Source: Candidatus Peregrinibacteria bacterium (GTDB lineage Bacteria > Patescibacteriota > Gracilibacteria > UM-FILTER-43-11 > JACRIE01). Taken from it: a DNA stretch of 64,000 nt. The stretch is from positions 20,379-84,378 of the forward strand of contig JACRIE010000042.1 in the NCBI GenBank assembly GCA_016220165.1, given 5' to 3'. Below, one piece after another: positions 54,444-63,359 of this stretch. Under the pieces are notes generated by a model that was not told where the DNA came from, ran no database searches, and saw nothing but the letters and a program-made list of their open reading frames with translations. The stretch's first letter is position 1. Each line of letters starts with the position of its first letter. The position numbers were made by a program, and so were the translations under genes.

Positions 54444-55202
54444 ATGCTGCCTAAAAAACTGATCGGCGCTTTACAGGAATTGGGCCTCAGCGAAAAAGAG
54501 TCGTGCGTTTATCTAGCCATGCTCACGCTGGGCGAGGCATCCGTTCTGCAAATCGCGCGCGCCGCGGAGATCAAACGGCCGACCGTCTATCCGGTGCTCG
54601 AATCCCTGCAACAAAAAGGATTGGTGCATATCGACATCAGGAGCATGAAACAGCGCTACCGCGCCATCAACCCGGAACGGCTGGAACTCCTTTTGGAGCA
54701 ACGGCGAAAGAACCTCCTGTCCGCGCTTCCGGAGCTGACCGCGCTTTACAACACCGAAGGAAGCCAAAGCCTCATTCAGTATTTTGAAGGGCTTGAAGCC
54801 GTCAAAACCGTCTACGAATCGAATATCCGGGACATTCAGCCCCACGAAAACTACTGCGTGATCGCCGACCAGAAGAAGTGGATCGGGCTCGACCAGAAGT
54901 ATTTCGAAAACTTCACCTACCGCCGAGGCCTGCTCCCGATCAACATCCGGCTCCTCCTGAGCGACACGCCCATCGCGCGCGCGTTCCAAAAAAAAGAGCG
55001 CTATTACAACGAGACGATTCGGTTCCTGCCCAAAGGCACGGAGCTGACAACCAACCTGGTCATCACGCCGCAACGGCCCTTCATGCACCAGCTCACGCCG
55101 CCCGTGAACGGCATCGTGATCGAAAACAAAAGCGCCATCAAAACGCAGATGGAGTTGTTTGAAATCCTATGGAAGAGTCTCGATACGAGAGACTCGCAAT
55201 AG
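54444..55202 (+). CDS. TrmB-family transcriptional regulator
   Basis: The N-terminal winged helix LGLSEKESCVYLAMLTLGEASVLQIARAAEIKRPTVYPVLESLQQKGLV is the TrmB signature. Confidence 0.7.
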   Translation: MLPKKLIGALQELGLSEKESCVYLAMLTLGEASVLQIARAAEIKRPTVYPVLESLQQKGLVHIDIRSMKQRYRAINPERLELLLEQRRKNLLSALPELTALYNTEGSQSLIQYFEGLEAVKTVYESNIRDIQPHENYCVIADQKKWIGLDQKYFENFTYRRGLLPINIRLLLSDTPIARAFQKKERYYNETIRFLPKGTELTTNLVITPQRPFMHQLTPPVNGIVIENKSAIKTQMELFEILWKSLDTRDSQ

Positions 55203-55206
55203 AAGC

Positions 55207-55776
55207 TCATTCCAGACAAAACCCGATCCTGGGTTTATCCGCAGACGGTGGTGGATTCTGCAAGCGCTCAATGGCTTGCCATACTTTTCTGAAGTCCTGA
55301 TCGTTTTTATTGGAATGTTTTAAGAAAAAGGATTTAAGCTCTCGAAGCTCTTTGATTAATTCCTGATGAGACGACAAAATCTGTCGCAACCGGATAAAGG
55401 CTCAGACGACTTGTATACTCATCAATATTGCCCGCTCACTGCGAAGGACATTGGCAGCCATGACGACTCCGTGTTCAGTAAAAACACGCGGCAGATATTT
55501 AATATTTTTTCCGCGTACAGAAGCCGCCCCTTCGTTCAAGGTCACAATTTGTGACCTTGAAGATCTGGATTCTTCCCAGCTCAATTGAAACATAAAATCT
55601 TCCGGAAATCTCTTTAAATTACGCTTAACTGCCTGAATCAGTGCCTTAGTTTCAACGCCATAAAGCATAGCCAAATCACGGTCGAGCATCACGCGGTGAC
55701 CGCGAAGGACATAGATACAATGCTCAATTCGCTCAGCAGGAACAATGGATTCAGTTTTCATACTAAAATTCTTCAA
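55207..55776 (-). pseudogene. ORF6N-domain DNA-binding gene with an in-frame TGA
   Basis: ORF6N pattern IYVLRGHRVMLDRDLAMLYGVETKALIQAVKRNLKRFPEDFMFQL. The frame reads ..MSIQVV-TGA-AFIRLRQILSSHQELIKEL.. with the stop at 55402-55404, and the C-terminal helix continues in the same frame (55207..55389). Confidence 0.65.
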
Positions 55777-55797
55777 AAATCTCTAATCTCAAATCTA

Positions 55798-55826
55798 AAT
55801 ATAGTGAACATTTGTTCAAAAATCAA
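55798..55826 (-). promoter_or_regulatory. promoter with LexA-type box in the spacer (ORF6N gene)
   Basis: Minus strand reads TTGATT, spacer tTTGAACAAATGTTCAC, TATATT. GAAC-ATTT-GTTC is at 55806-55817. Confidence 0.5.
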
Positions 55827-55846
55827 GTCTTTTTAACGCATAAAAA

Positions 55847-56647
55847 TCAAACGTGATAAATCGTCGCCTGCTTCCACAGAAGCTCGAACGACTCGCAGTA
55901 CCCTTGCGCCACGACTTTATTATAAATCTGGATCACCACGATCTCCTCGGTATAAATCTCGATGGACACCATCTCCGGCGTGATGCGCGTGAGCGTGGGG
56001 CTGGAAAGGCCGACCGCAAGCGTTTTTAAAACCGTATGACTCTCGCGGGCGAACTTTTCCTTGAATGCCTGCGAGGTGACGTCCGGCGAAATCTGCCATT
56101 TCGCCACTTTATACTTTTTCAGTAGATCGAGGTAGCGCGGATACCACTCGCCAATCGCTTCATAAAAATAATCAGCCTGAGCGCCGCCAAGGATACGAAG
56201 TTTTTTATCGTATTTCGCGGCCGATTTAACCAGAGTTTCAAGATTCGCGGTAAAGCCGGAATGGCCGTACAAAATTTTAACTTCGAGCTTCTGCTCCCCT
56301 GCCTGTCGCTGTAGCTTGATCAACTCAGGGACGACGCTGTGTGCAACCGCCTCTTCTTCGCGGATGTGATCGAACAGGATGTCAGGATTGGAAGCCTGAA
56401 AATGCTTTTTTTTCTTGATGTAAACCATGCTGGCCAAATGAAGATTGACCAAGCGTTCCAATGCCTGATAAACCAGCATGCGATGAAGCTTGGTGTGACG
56501 AATGAGCGGCCCCACCGACGTGAGGCCGCTTTTGATGAGCGCCAAATAAACACGCGATTCATTTTTATTCAAACCGAGCTTTTGGAGATAGGATTCAAGA
56601 TTCATTGACAAAAATAGTAAAAAATGTTGATAAATGTTTAACCCCAT
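55847..56647 (-). CDS. TrmB-family transcriptional regulator (second copy)
   Basis: LGLNKNESRVYLALIKSGLTSVGPLIRHTKLHRMLVYQALERLVNLHL. Confidence 0.65.
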   Translation of the reverse strand: MGLNIYQHFLLFLSMNLESYLQKLGLNKNESRVYLALIKSGLTSVGPLIRHTKLHRMLVYQALERLVNLHLASMVYIKKKKHFQASNPDILFDHIREEEAVAHSVVPELIKLQRQAGEQKLEVKILYGHSGFTANLETLVKSAAKYDKKLRILGGAQADYFYEAIGEWYPRYLDLLKKYKVAKWQISPDVTSQAFKEKFARESHTVLKTLAVGLSSPTLTRITPEMVSIEIYTEEIVVIQIYNKVVAQGYCESFELLWKQATIYHV

Positions 56648-56683
56648 GCTAAATTATAGCCGAAAAATTTCTATCGTCAATAT

Positions 56684-57133
56684 TTGATGATAACTTTTAA
56701 TACAAAGTCTTTGCGGGTCTTCCCTCGAAATAAGATAACGTTCCTGGACATCACGGAACCGATCAACGCGCTGATCCAAAAAGAGGGAGGCGTCGAAGGC
56801 ATGGCGCATCTCTACACGCGCCACACCACCACCGCCATCCGGGTGAACGAAAATGAATCGAATCTGGTGCGTGATTTTCACGAATTTATGGAGTCACTAA
56901 TTCCTGCCAGCAAAGAATATCATCGCGACAAACTGCATCTGAGAGATTGTCCGGCGGACGAACCTAAAAACGCGCGCGCCCATCTGATGGCGCTCATGCT
57001 GGGAAGTAGCGAATCCATTCCCTTCCGCGACGGAAAGCTGATGTTGGGGCTATGGCAATCGATTTTCTTCATCGATTGCGACGGCGGCCGTCCCGATGGC
57101 CGCGAAATTTTAGTAACCATCGTATCGCCATGA
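56684..57133 (+). CDS. YjbQ/UPF0047 family protein (secondary thiamine-phosphate synthase-like)
   Basis: HLYTRHTTTAIRVNENE and HLMALMLGSSESIPFRDGKLMLGLWQSIFFIDCD. Confidence 0.7.
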   Translation: MMITFNTKSLRVFPRNKITFLDITEPINALIQKEGGVEGMAHLYTRHTTTAIRVNENESNLVRDFHEFMESLIPASKEYHRDKLHLRDCPADEPKNARAHLMALMLGSSESIPFRDGKLMLGLWQSIFFIDCDGGRPDGREILVTIVSP

Positions 57134-57513
57134 AAAAGAAATCGCTTCAAAAATTGACGTGGTCCGACCGCTTCACCTACGTCAAAAACGTCGTTTTCGA
57201 GGCGGACGATCTCGGACAACCAGGCGCGCGGTTCCAGGTGGTTAAATTCAAGCCCGGAACCATTATCAAGCCCCATTATCACAAAAAAACCTACGAAATC
57301 TTTTACATTCACAGCGGTCAGGGATCGCTCCGGATCAATCAAGAAAAATATCCTCTGAAAAAAGACGACATCATTTTGTGCGAACCCGGCGATCGGCACG
57401 CCCTTGAAAACACAGGGAAAAAAGACCTCGTCATTTTAATCTTCAAGACGAACGAGGTACCCGATAAAGATATTTTTTGGGATCTCTCGGCAAAATTTCA
57501 TAATGTGATCTGA
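57130..57513 (+). CDS. cupin domain protein
   Basis: IKPHYHKKTYEIFYIHSGQG..PGDRHALEN is the two-motif cupin signature. ATGA overlap with the yjbQ-like stop. Confidence 0.7.
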   Translation: MKKKSLQKLTWSDRFTYVKNVVFEADDLGQPGARFQVVKFKPGTIIKPHYHKKTYEIFYIHSGQGSLRINQEKYPLKKDDIILCEPGDRHALENTGKKDLVILIFKTNEVPDKDIFWDLSAKFHNVI

Positions 57514-57698
57514 GCGTCTTTCAGGATGGCATGAATCGTCCCCCGAGGAATATCCTTCGAATGGATCGGAACGACCACTTTCAAATTTTTTTTTAAATTT
57601 TTAAAAATCGCATGACTTCCATTTTGACGGATAAAATAGAAGCCATGCTTATACAAAATGCAGATAAGCTTTTTAGGGGTAAGATTATACTTTGGCAT
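57498..57698 (-). CDS. hicA: HicA-family toxin (second module)
   Basis: YKHGFYFIRQNGSHAIFKN..VVVPIHSKDIPRGTIHAILKDAQI. Confidence 0.7.
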   Translation of the reverse strand: MPKYNLTPKKLICILYKHGFYFIRQNGSHAIFKNLKKNLKVVVPIHSKDIPRGTIHAILKDAQITL

Positions 57699-57888
57699 GA
57701 CGCTTTTTTCTCGCTATAAGATCATGAAAAGTCTGATGCTCCATCTCGTCTTCGAGATACAATTCAATGGCATTTTTTAAATTTTTAATAGCCTCGGCAG
57801 GATTTTTGCCAAAAGAATGACAACCCTTAAGCTCGGGGCAATAAGAATGAAATTGTTTACCGTCAGGTTCTATATGAAAAGTAATCAT
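57685..57888 (-). CDS. hicB: HicB-family antitoxin (second module)
   Basis: ITFHIEPDGKQFHSYCPELKGCHSFGKNPAEAIKNLKNAIELYLED; overlaps hicA by 14 nt. Confidence 0.7.
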   Translation of the reverse strand: MITFHIEPDGKQFHSYCPELKGCHSFGKNPAEAIKNLKNAIELYLEDEMEHQTFHDLIARKKRHAKV

Positions 57889-57936
57889 AACTTAAACAAT
57901 GGTGGATGATTGTATTATAGCACGTATGCCGGAATT

Positions 57937-59594
57937 TCAGTAGACCTCTTTTAAATAGCACTCCTCGCACAAAATTTGCCTAAACTCCGTCGGATCCAGG
58001 GGGGTGGCGATCTCTTTTTTGCAATGAGCGCATAAAATGAGCCGCATCGTCTTTTGATTATGAAGGGCTAAGCGATCGCGATAACGACAGAAAGGACATA
58101 AACGAGGCAAAGGAATTGGAGCCTCCTGATAAAATTTAAACTCCTGAGCTATGATGCGGTAATTCTTTGAGCAATCCGAACAAGTCAAAATCTGATCCAG
58201 GATAGAACGATCCGTGTCGTGAATATCGTCTGGCAAAAAGACTGTTTCAGGAAAGTCTTGATGCTGGGATGTTGCAGGAGGCGACTGCCACTTCCAGCCA
58301 TTTTTAACGACCTCTTCTTTCGTCATCGGATAATCATAAAAAGAGACAGTATCGTTATAACCGAATAACAAAATCGAAAGGGGAAAAAATTCACCGTACT
58401 CGCCGTCCGCCAGCATCTTGGCTTTAATTCTTGGAACAAGCGCCTCGTAATCACTTTTTGAATACGATTGATTCAAAATACAATATTGATCTCCTTTGAG
58501 TCCGACACAACCGAAACAATGGTCGCATTGTTTACAGGAATTGCAGTACTCCACGTCGTGCGAACCCCAGCAATAACGCGAAAACTTGACGTTGTAAGAC
58601 TCAATCCCCGAGTTAGTGGTTTCATAAAGCAGGGTGGCATTACGCCCCGCCGTATTCGAATCGTAGCAATCTTTGGCGCCGCGCCAGACATGTTCGCCGT
58701 AAGCGCAGTCCTCGGCATCGTAGCAATGAAATACCTGGCGGCAATTCTTGGCATTCCGAATATAATCGCCGCTACAGCCTTCGGCATTTTCGATTTGCAG
58801 ATGTTTACGGGGCTGTGTTTTAAAAAAACATGAAATTGTTTTTTCAGCATTTGAATTACATCATGGCTCCCAAACTTCAATTTTTCGAGCTCCTGAAAAT
58901 AGGCGTCTTTGGAATACGGTTTATTAAAAATATAGAATTGTTTATTCCTCAGGTTCGCCGAAAACAAGCAGTGGTCGCAGTCCACACATTGATCCAGAAA
59001 CCACGAATCGCTGCAATTGGAACAATTTCGTGAAAAATGCAGACGATAACAATTAAAACAATGATTCGCCTCGTAACAACGTTCGCATTCATGAAGATAA
59101 CTGCAATCGATACAGTCCTTGGACTTTTGGATCCAGTAGCAAAAAAATGAATCCTCGCAATTGCTGCTTTCGCTGATCAGATAGCAATTGCGGCAATGGG
59201 CTGTCGATTCACAATAATCGCAATTCTCGTTGCCCGTACCGACGATGCCAAGCTGGGGCGCCGCATGCATCAAAGCATCGAACTGACTAAAAAATGAGCG
59301 GTTGAAATCATACGCACGTCCAGGGGCACGGCAATCGCGATCCTCTGCGCACCAGCAGGATTGGCAATAAATCACATAATCGCTTTCTTTTGGAAGCGTG
59401 GACACAAAATCCTGTCCGCAGCGATCGCACGGCCGCCGGTAAAACGCGTAATCATTGATATGTCCGTGACGCCGCATATGGCGGCAGCGAGGGCACCACG
59501 TCGGTTCCGGTACGTCCATTTTTTGATAAAACTGACGATCGGCATCGATCACCTCGAACGATGATAAACACTGGGAACATGATTTCATTGACAT
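57937..59594 (-). CDS. Cys-rich multi-zinc-ribbon protein, paralogue 2, interrupted by a -1 frameshift at U UUU UUA
   Basis: ORF 58473..59594 stops resembling paralogue 1 after ..KKQFHVFLK. The -1 frame then reads TQPRKHLQIENAEGCSGDYIRNAKNCRQVFHCYDAEDCAYGEHVW.. and runs into ORF 57937..58554. The total of 1658 nt equals 3n+2. Confidence 0.7.
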
Positions 59595-59642
59595 TAAAAA
59601 ACTTTTAAATTATACTTTAAATGTACACTTAAATTTATCTTC

Positions 59643-59906
59643 ATGAGTACGCTTATTAGCATCAAAGATCTCAGGACGTCGCTTTCGTCAGTCGCCGACG
59701 CCGTAGCGCAGGGTGAAAGTTTCCTCGTCATGCGGCATTCCAGACCGGCTTTTAAAGTCGAACCCCTAAAAGAGGAGGAGGAGGAAACCATGGACATGTA
59801 TGGCTGGAAAACCATTGTTGATTTTACGGAGGGGGGAAAAAAGAAAGGAATTGCAGCAAAAAAATTATTGAAGATCATGCGCGAATTTGAGAAAAAATAT
59901 GGATAA
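59643..59906 (+). CDS. Phd/YefM-family antitoxin
   Basis: ISIKDLRTSLSSVADAVAQGESFLVMRHSRPAFKVEPL. Confidence 0.65.
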   Translation: MSTLISIKDLRTSLSSVADAVAQGESFLVMRHSRPAFKVEPLKEEEEETMDMYGWKTIVDFTEGGKKKGIAAKKLLKIMREFEKKYG

Positions 59907-60141
59907 AATTTTAAAATTTTTAAAAAAAAGAAGAAAAAGAGAGAGATTGCTGCTTATGGCGTCTTTAGAATTAATAGAGCGCGATGAGCTACTTAATTTT
60001 GATATAAAAAAGCTGAAAGGATTTGATAGAAGATATAGGGCCAGAGTTGGTAAATTTCGTATAATATTTGAAAAGGGTGGAAGAAAATTAAATAGGATCA
60101 TCAAAGTGGACGAAAGAAACGAACAAACCTATAAATTTTAA
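59899..60141 (+). CDS. RelE/ParE-superfamily toxin
   Basis: KKLKGFDRRYRARVGKFRIIFEKGGRKLNRIIKVDERNEQTY; overlaps the antitoxin stop. The listed ORF begins at TTG 59887. Confidence 0.6.
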   Translation: MDKILKFLKKRRKRERLLLMASLELIERDELLNFDIKKLKGFDRRYRARVGKFRIIFEKGGRKLNRIIKVDERNEQTYKF

Positions 60142-60202
60142 AAATAGACCGTGACAAAAAAATAATTTATCCCTGGATAAGGATATAACCAGACCAATAA
60201 GA

Positions 60203-61318
60203 ATGAAAGTCGCCATTGTTCATGAACTACTGGTGAAACTCGGCGGCGCGGAACGCGTCGTAAAAAAGCTGTGCGACATGTTTCCTCAAGCGCCCATCTA
60301 CACGCTCATCCACAATCCCGACAAAACGAAGGAATGGTTCCGTGGCAAAAAAATCATCACGTCCTCCATTCAAAAATATTATGATTTCTATGCGAATCAT
60401 CGCATTTTGTTGCCAAAAATGGCGCGCGCCATCGAAGCGTTTGATTTTAACGAATATGACCTCGTCATTTCCAGCAGCTCCGCTTTTGCCCACGGCATCA
60501 AAACACGACCTCAGACCAAACATTTGTGCTACTGCCACTCCCCCATGCGCTACGCGTGGGATTACACGCACCAATACACGGGCAATATGAATCGGATCAG
60601 TCGCGTATTCGCGGCCATGGCGCTCCATAAAATTCGCCTATGGGATTACGAAACGTCGAGCCGCCCAGCCATAGTTCTCGCGAATTCAAAACACGTTCAA
60701 AAACGGATCGAAAAATACTGGCGGCGCGCGTCCGAAGTCGTCTATCCGCCCGTGAATGTAACGCGCTTTGAAGTTCACCCTGGCCACGAAAACTATTTTC
60801 TGATCGTGTCAGCGCTCACGGCTTTTAAACATCTTGAACTGGCCGTGGAGGCATTCAATCAAAACGGCCATCATTTGATCATTATTGGAGAAGGGCCGGA
60901 ATACTGGCGGCTTAAGGGCATGGCGAAAGAAAACGTCGAACTCCTGGGGCGAAAATCGGACAAAATGATCAAAGAATACATGGAACACTGTCGCGCTTTC
61001 ATTTTTCCGGGAGAGGAAGACTTCGGTATCACGCCGGTGGAGGCCATGGCCGCGGGAAAACCGGTGCTTGCCTACGGAAAAGGCGGCTGCCTGGAAAGCG
61101 TACAGGCAAGCATCAGTGGCGAATTTTTCAATGAATTAACCTCTGAAAACCTCAATGAGGGATTGAAAAAACTGCTGAGAAACGAAAAAAAATATGATCC
61201 GCAGGCCATCCGAAAAATCGCGGAGCAACTTGACGAATCCATCTTCGAAAAAACTATTCAGGAAACAATCTCGTCACTCGCCTGCACCGAGCTCTGTCGA
61301 GGGGTCACTATTTCTTAA
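60203..61318 (+). CDS. glycosyltransferase family 4 (GT-B fold) with repeat-derived C-terminal tail
   Basis: [19 protein letters not shown] motif. The last 15 aa ([15 protein letters not shown]) are encoded by a CGTCAC-family element. Confidence 0.8.
   Translation: MKVAIVHELLVKLGGAERVVKKLCDMFPQAPIYTLIHNPDKTKEWFRGKKIITSSIQKYYDFYANHRILLPKMARAIEAFDFNEYDLVISSSSAFAHGIKTRPQTKHLCYCHSPMRYAWDYTHQYTGNMNRISRVFAAMALHKIRLWDYETSSRPAIVLANSKHVQKRIEKYWRRASEVVYPPVNVTRFEVHPGHENYFLIVSALTAFKHLELAVEAFNQNGHHLIIIGEGPEYWRLKGMAKENVELLGRKSDKMIKEYMEHCRAFIFPGEEDFGITPVEAMAAGKPVLAYGKGGCLESVQASISGEFFNELTSENLNEGLKKLLRNEKKYDPQAIRKIAEQLDESIFEKTIQETISSLACTELCRGVTIS
61270..61315. repeat. CGTCAC-family repeat in which two convergent genes terminate
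   Basis: CTCGTCACTCGCCTGCACCGAGCTCTGTCGAGGGGTCACTATTTCT. Confidence 0.8.
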
Positions 61319-61751
61319 CTGTCTTCTTCTTGCCCAGCTTCTTTTCAACGACTTTCTTGCCTTCCTTCACGACGGTCTTTTTGGCCCTCTTCTTGGCGAC
61401 CTCTTTCTTTTCCGTTTCTTTGGCGGCCTTTTCAACCTCTTTTCCGTGTTCGGTTTCGTGAACCTTGCGGGTAATCTTCTCCTCGACCGATTCCTTAACG
61501 CGTTCCGCTTTTCTCTGCTGGATCAAACCTATTGCATCCTTTTTTTTCTTGGCGGCCTCCGTGCGAGCTCTGAACTTATCAACCATACCCGCCGTATCGA
61601 TAAGCTTCTGCTTGCCTGTATAAAATGGATGACAATTACTACAGATTTCAACGCGATAATGCTCTTGAGTGGAACCGAATTCATAGCTAGCGCCACAAGC
61701 GCAAACCGTTTTGGCCTTAGGATAATATTTAGGATGAATATCAGACTTCAT
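61308..61751 (-). CDS. rpmE: 50S ribosomal protein L31 (zinc-binding type) with about 75-aa Lys/Glu-rich C-terminal extension
   Basis: [30 protein letters not shown] is canonical L31; about 75 further residues follow. Confidence 0.85.
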   Translation of the reverse strand: MKSDIHPKYYPKAKTVCACGASYEFGSTQEHYRVEICSNCHPFYTGKQKLIDTAGMVDKFRARTEAAKKKKDAIGLIQQRKAERVKESVEEKITRKVHETEHGKEVEKAAKETEKKEVAKKRAKKTVVKEGKKVVEKKLGKKKTVKK

Positions 61752-61857
61752 ATTGAATACGATTAGCGATTAATGATTAGCGATTCGCGACCGAATTTTC
61801 TTGCGCTAATCGATCAACGCTAATCTCAAATCGAAATAAAAGCGTGGCAATTTTAAA

Positions 61858-63324
61858 CTATTTTTTACGCCGAGGCAAGGACTTTTTTTGAAGAGGAACA
61901 GGTCTTTTAATCGATTGTTGTTTAAAGGGAGAAAGGGGAAAAACAGATCGTAGTAAAAAAAGAAGAATAAGAAGCGCGGTCACTCCTATTAAAGCCCAAA
62001 CCACCCATCCGCGACGTGCTGTCACCAAAAGGCTCGTGGTTTGCGACTCTTTTTGGTTATCCGTAGCCTTTAAAAAAACTTTATAGACTCCCGGCTTGGA
62101 ATAACGATGATCGACAACCACGCCCTCCGCTTTTACGCCGTCCCCAAAATCCCAAAAATAATTCGTGATAATTCCATCGGGATCTTTGGATTTAAGGGCG
62201 TTGAAAGTAATAGAACGAGGGTTTATTGTTGACTGAGTGGGCTCAATCACAGGAAGGGGAGCCTTATTGTTATTATTCGGATCCGCGTTATCCCCAAGGC
62301 CGTCATGATCCGTGTCTTTCCATTCTTTGGGATCCAGCGAGAACGCGTCTTCTTTATCATTCACGCCATCGCTATCCGTATCCGCCAACAAAGGATTGGT
62401 GCCCTGCTGAATCTCCATATTGTCTCCAAGGCCGTCATGATCCGTGTCTTTCCATTCTTTGGGATCCAGCGGGAACGCGTCTTCTTTATCATTCACGCCA
62501 TCGCTATCCGTATCCGCCAACAAAGGATTGATGCCTTTTTGAACTTCAACAACGTCAGGAATACCATCCTTATCCGCATCTTTTTCTGCATTGTCTCCAA
62601 TGCCGTTATGATTCTCATCCGCCCATTCCTTCGGATCCGTAGGAAATGCATCCTGGACGTCCGGAACTCCGTCATTATCGTCATCTAAATCAGCATTATC
62701 ACCGATCCCATCTCCATCCGTGTCCTTCCACTCTTTAGGATTGAATGGGAACGCGTCTTGGGCATTGAGAATCCCGTCGCCGTCGATATCAGGGTCGTGG
62801 CGATTCCCGATGCCATCACCATCCAGGTCATTGTCAACAAAAATAGTGATTCGAACCTTATTGTTGTCGGTATTATCGCCAGTGGTAACTGTAGGTTTGA
62901 CGCGAATGGCAATCGTATGAGCTCCTGTGCGATCGGGAGTCCAATCAACAAACACATCATCCGTCTTTCCTCCAACTACGGAAATAGGTTGGTCGGTTCC
63001 GATATATTCCACTGTTAATTCATCATAAAAACGCACGACGCCGGTCAAATCCGCTTTCCCGCCGTTGTGGACAACACCATAAATGCGAACGGTTTGGTTT
63101 AAAATAACGTCATCTTTTAAAAGACGTATGTCCTCCTCCTTGAGATAGAGATCGTTGGCAAAATTAGAATTATCCGCGGCAAGAACTGGCTTCGTATAAA
63201 CATCGGTCACTTCGAGATCAGCCGTTTGGGCATACAGCGTAATAACCGCTCCTGTAAAAATATCGATAAAAAAGGAAAAAGACAGGAGCCCTAATGTATA
63301 AAAAAGAGTATTACGAAGCCTCAT
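61858..63324 (-). CDS. cell-surface protein with thrombospondin type-3 (calcium-binding) repeats, PKD-like domain and C-terminal TM anchor
   Basis: Signal/TM N-terminus, many DxDxDGxxDxxD repeats, WDFGDG (PKD-like) and a C-terminal hydrophobic helix followed by basic residues. Confidence 0.75.
   Translation of the reverse strand: MRLRNTLFYTLGLLSFSFFIDIFTGAVITLYAQTADLEVTDVYTKPVLAADNSNFANDLYLKEEDIRLLKDDVILNQTVRIYGVVHNGGKADLTGVVRFYDELTVEYIGTDQPISVVGGKTDDVFVDWTPDRTGAHTIAIRVKPTVTTGDNTDNNKVRITIFVDNDLDGDGIGNRHDPDIDGDGILNAQDAFPFNPKEWKDTDGDGIGDNADLDDDNDGVPDVQDAFPTDPKEWADENHNGIGDNAEKDADKDGIPDVVEVQKGINPLLADTDSDGVNDKEDAFPLDPKEWKDTDHDGLGDNMEIQQGTNPLLADTDSDGVNDKEDAFSLDPKEWKDTDHDGLGDNADPNNNNKAPLPVIEPTQSTINPRSITFNALKSKDPDGIITNYFWDFGDGVKAEGVVVDHRYSKPGVYKVFLKATDNQKESQTTSLLVTARRGWVVWALIGVTALLILLFLLRSVFPLSPFKQQSIKRPVPLQKKSLPRRKK
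62292..62530. repeat. near-identical 132-nt tandem duplication inside the TSP3-repeat gene
   Basis: CCAAGGCCGTCATGATCCGTGTCTTTCC... recurs with a 132-nt (44-codon) offset and only a few substitutions. Confidence 0.85.
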
Positions 63325-63359
63325 AAACCTACGGTTTAGGAACTAGTGTTTATAAATTT

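Noticed and set aside
55402-55404. Genome-wide TGA reassignment (code 4 or 25) as the explanation for the in-frame TGA.
   Set aside because: recA (26699-26701), the aminotransferase (31505-31507), nfo and the VirD4-like gene all terminate at TGA at the positions expected from homology. No other long gene contains an internal TGA.
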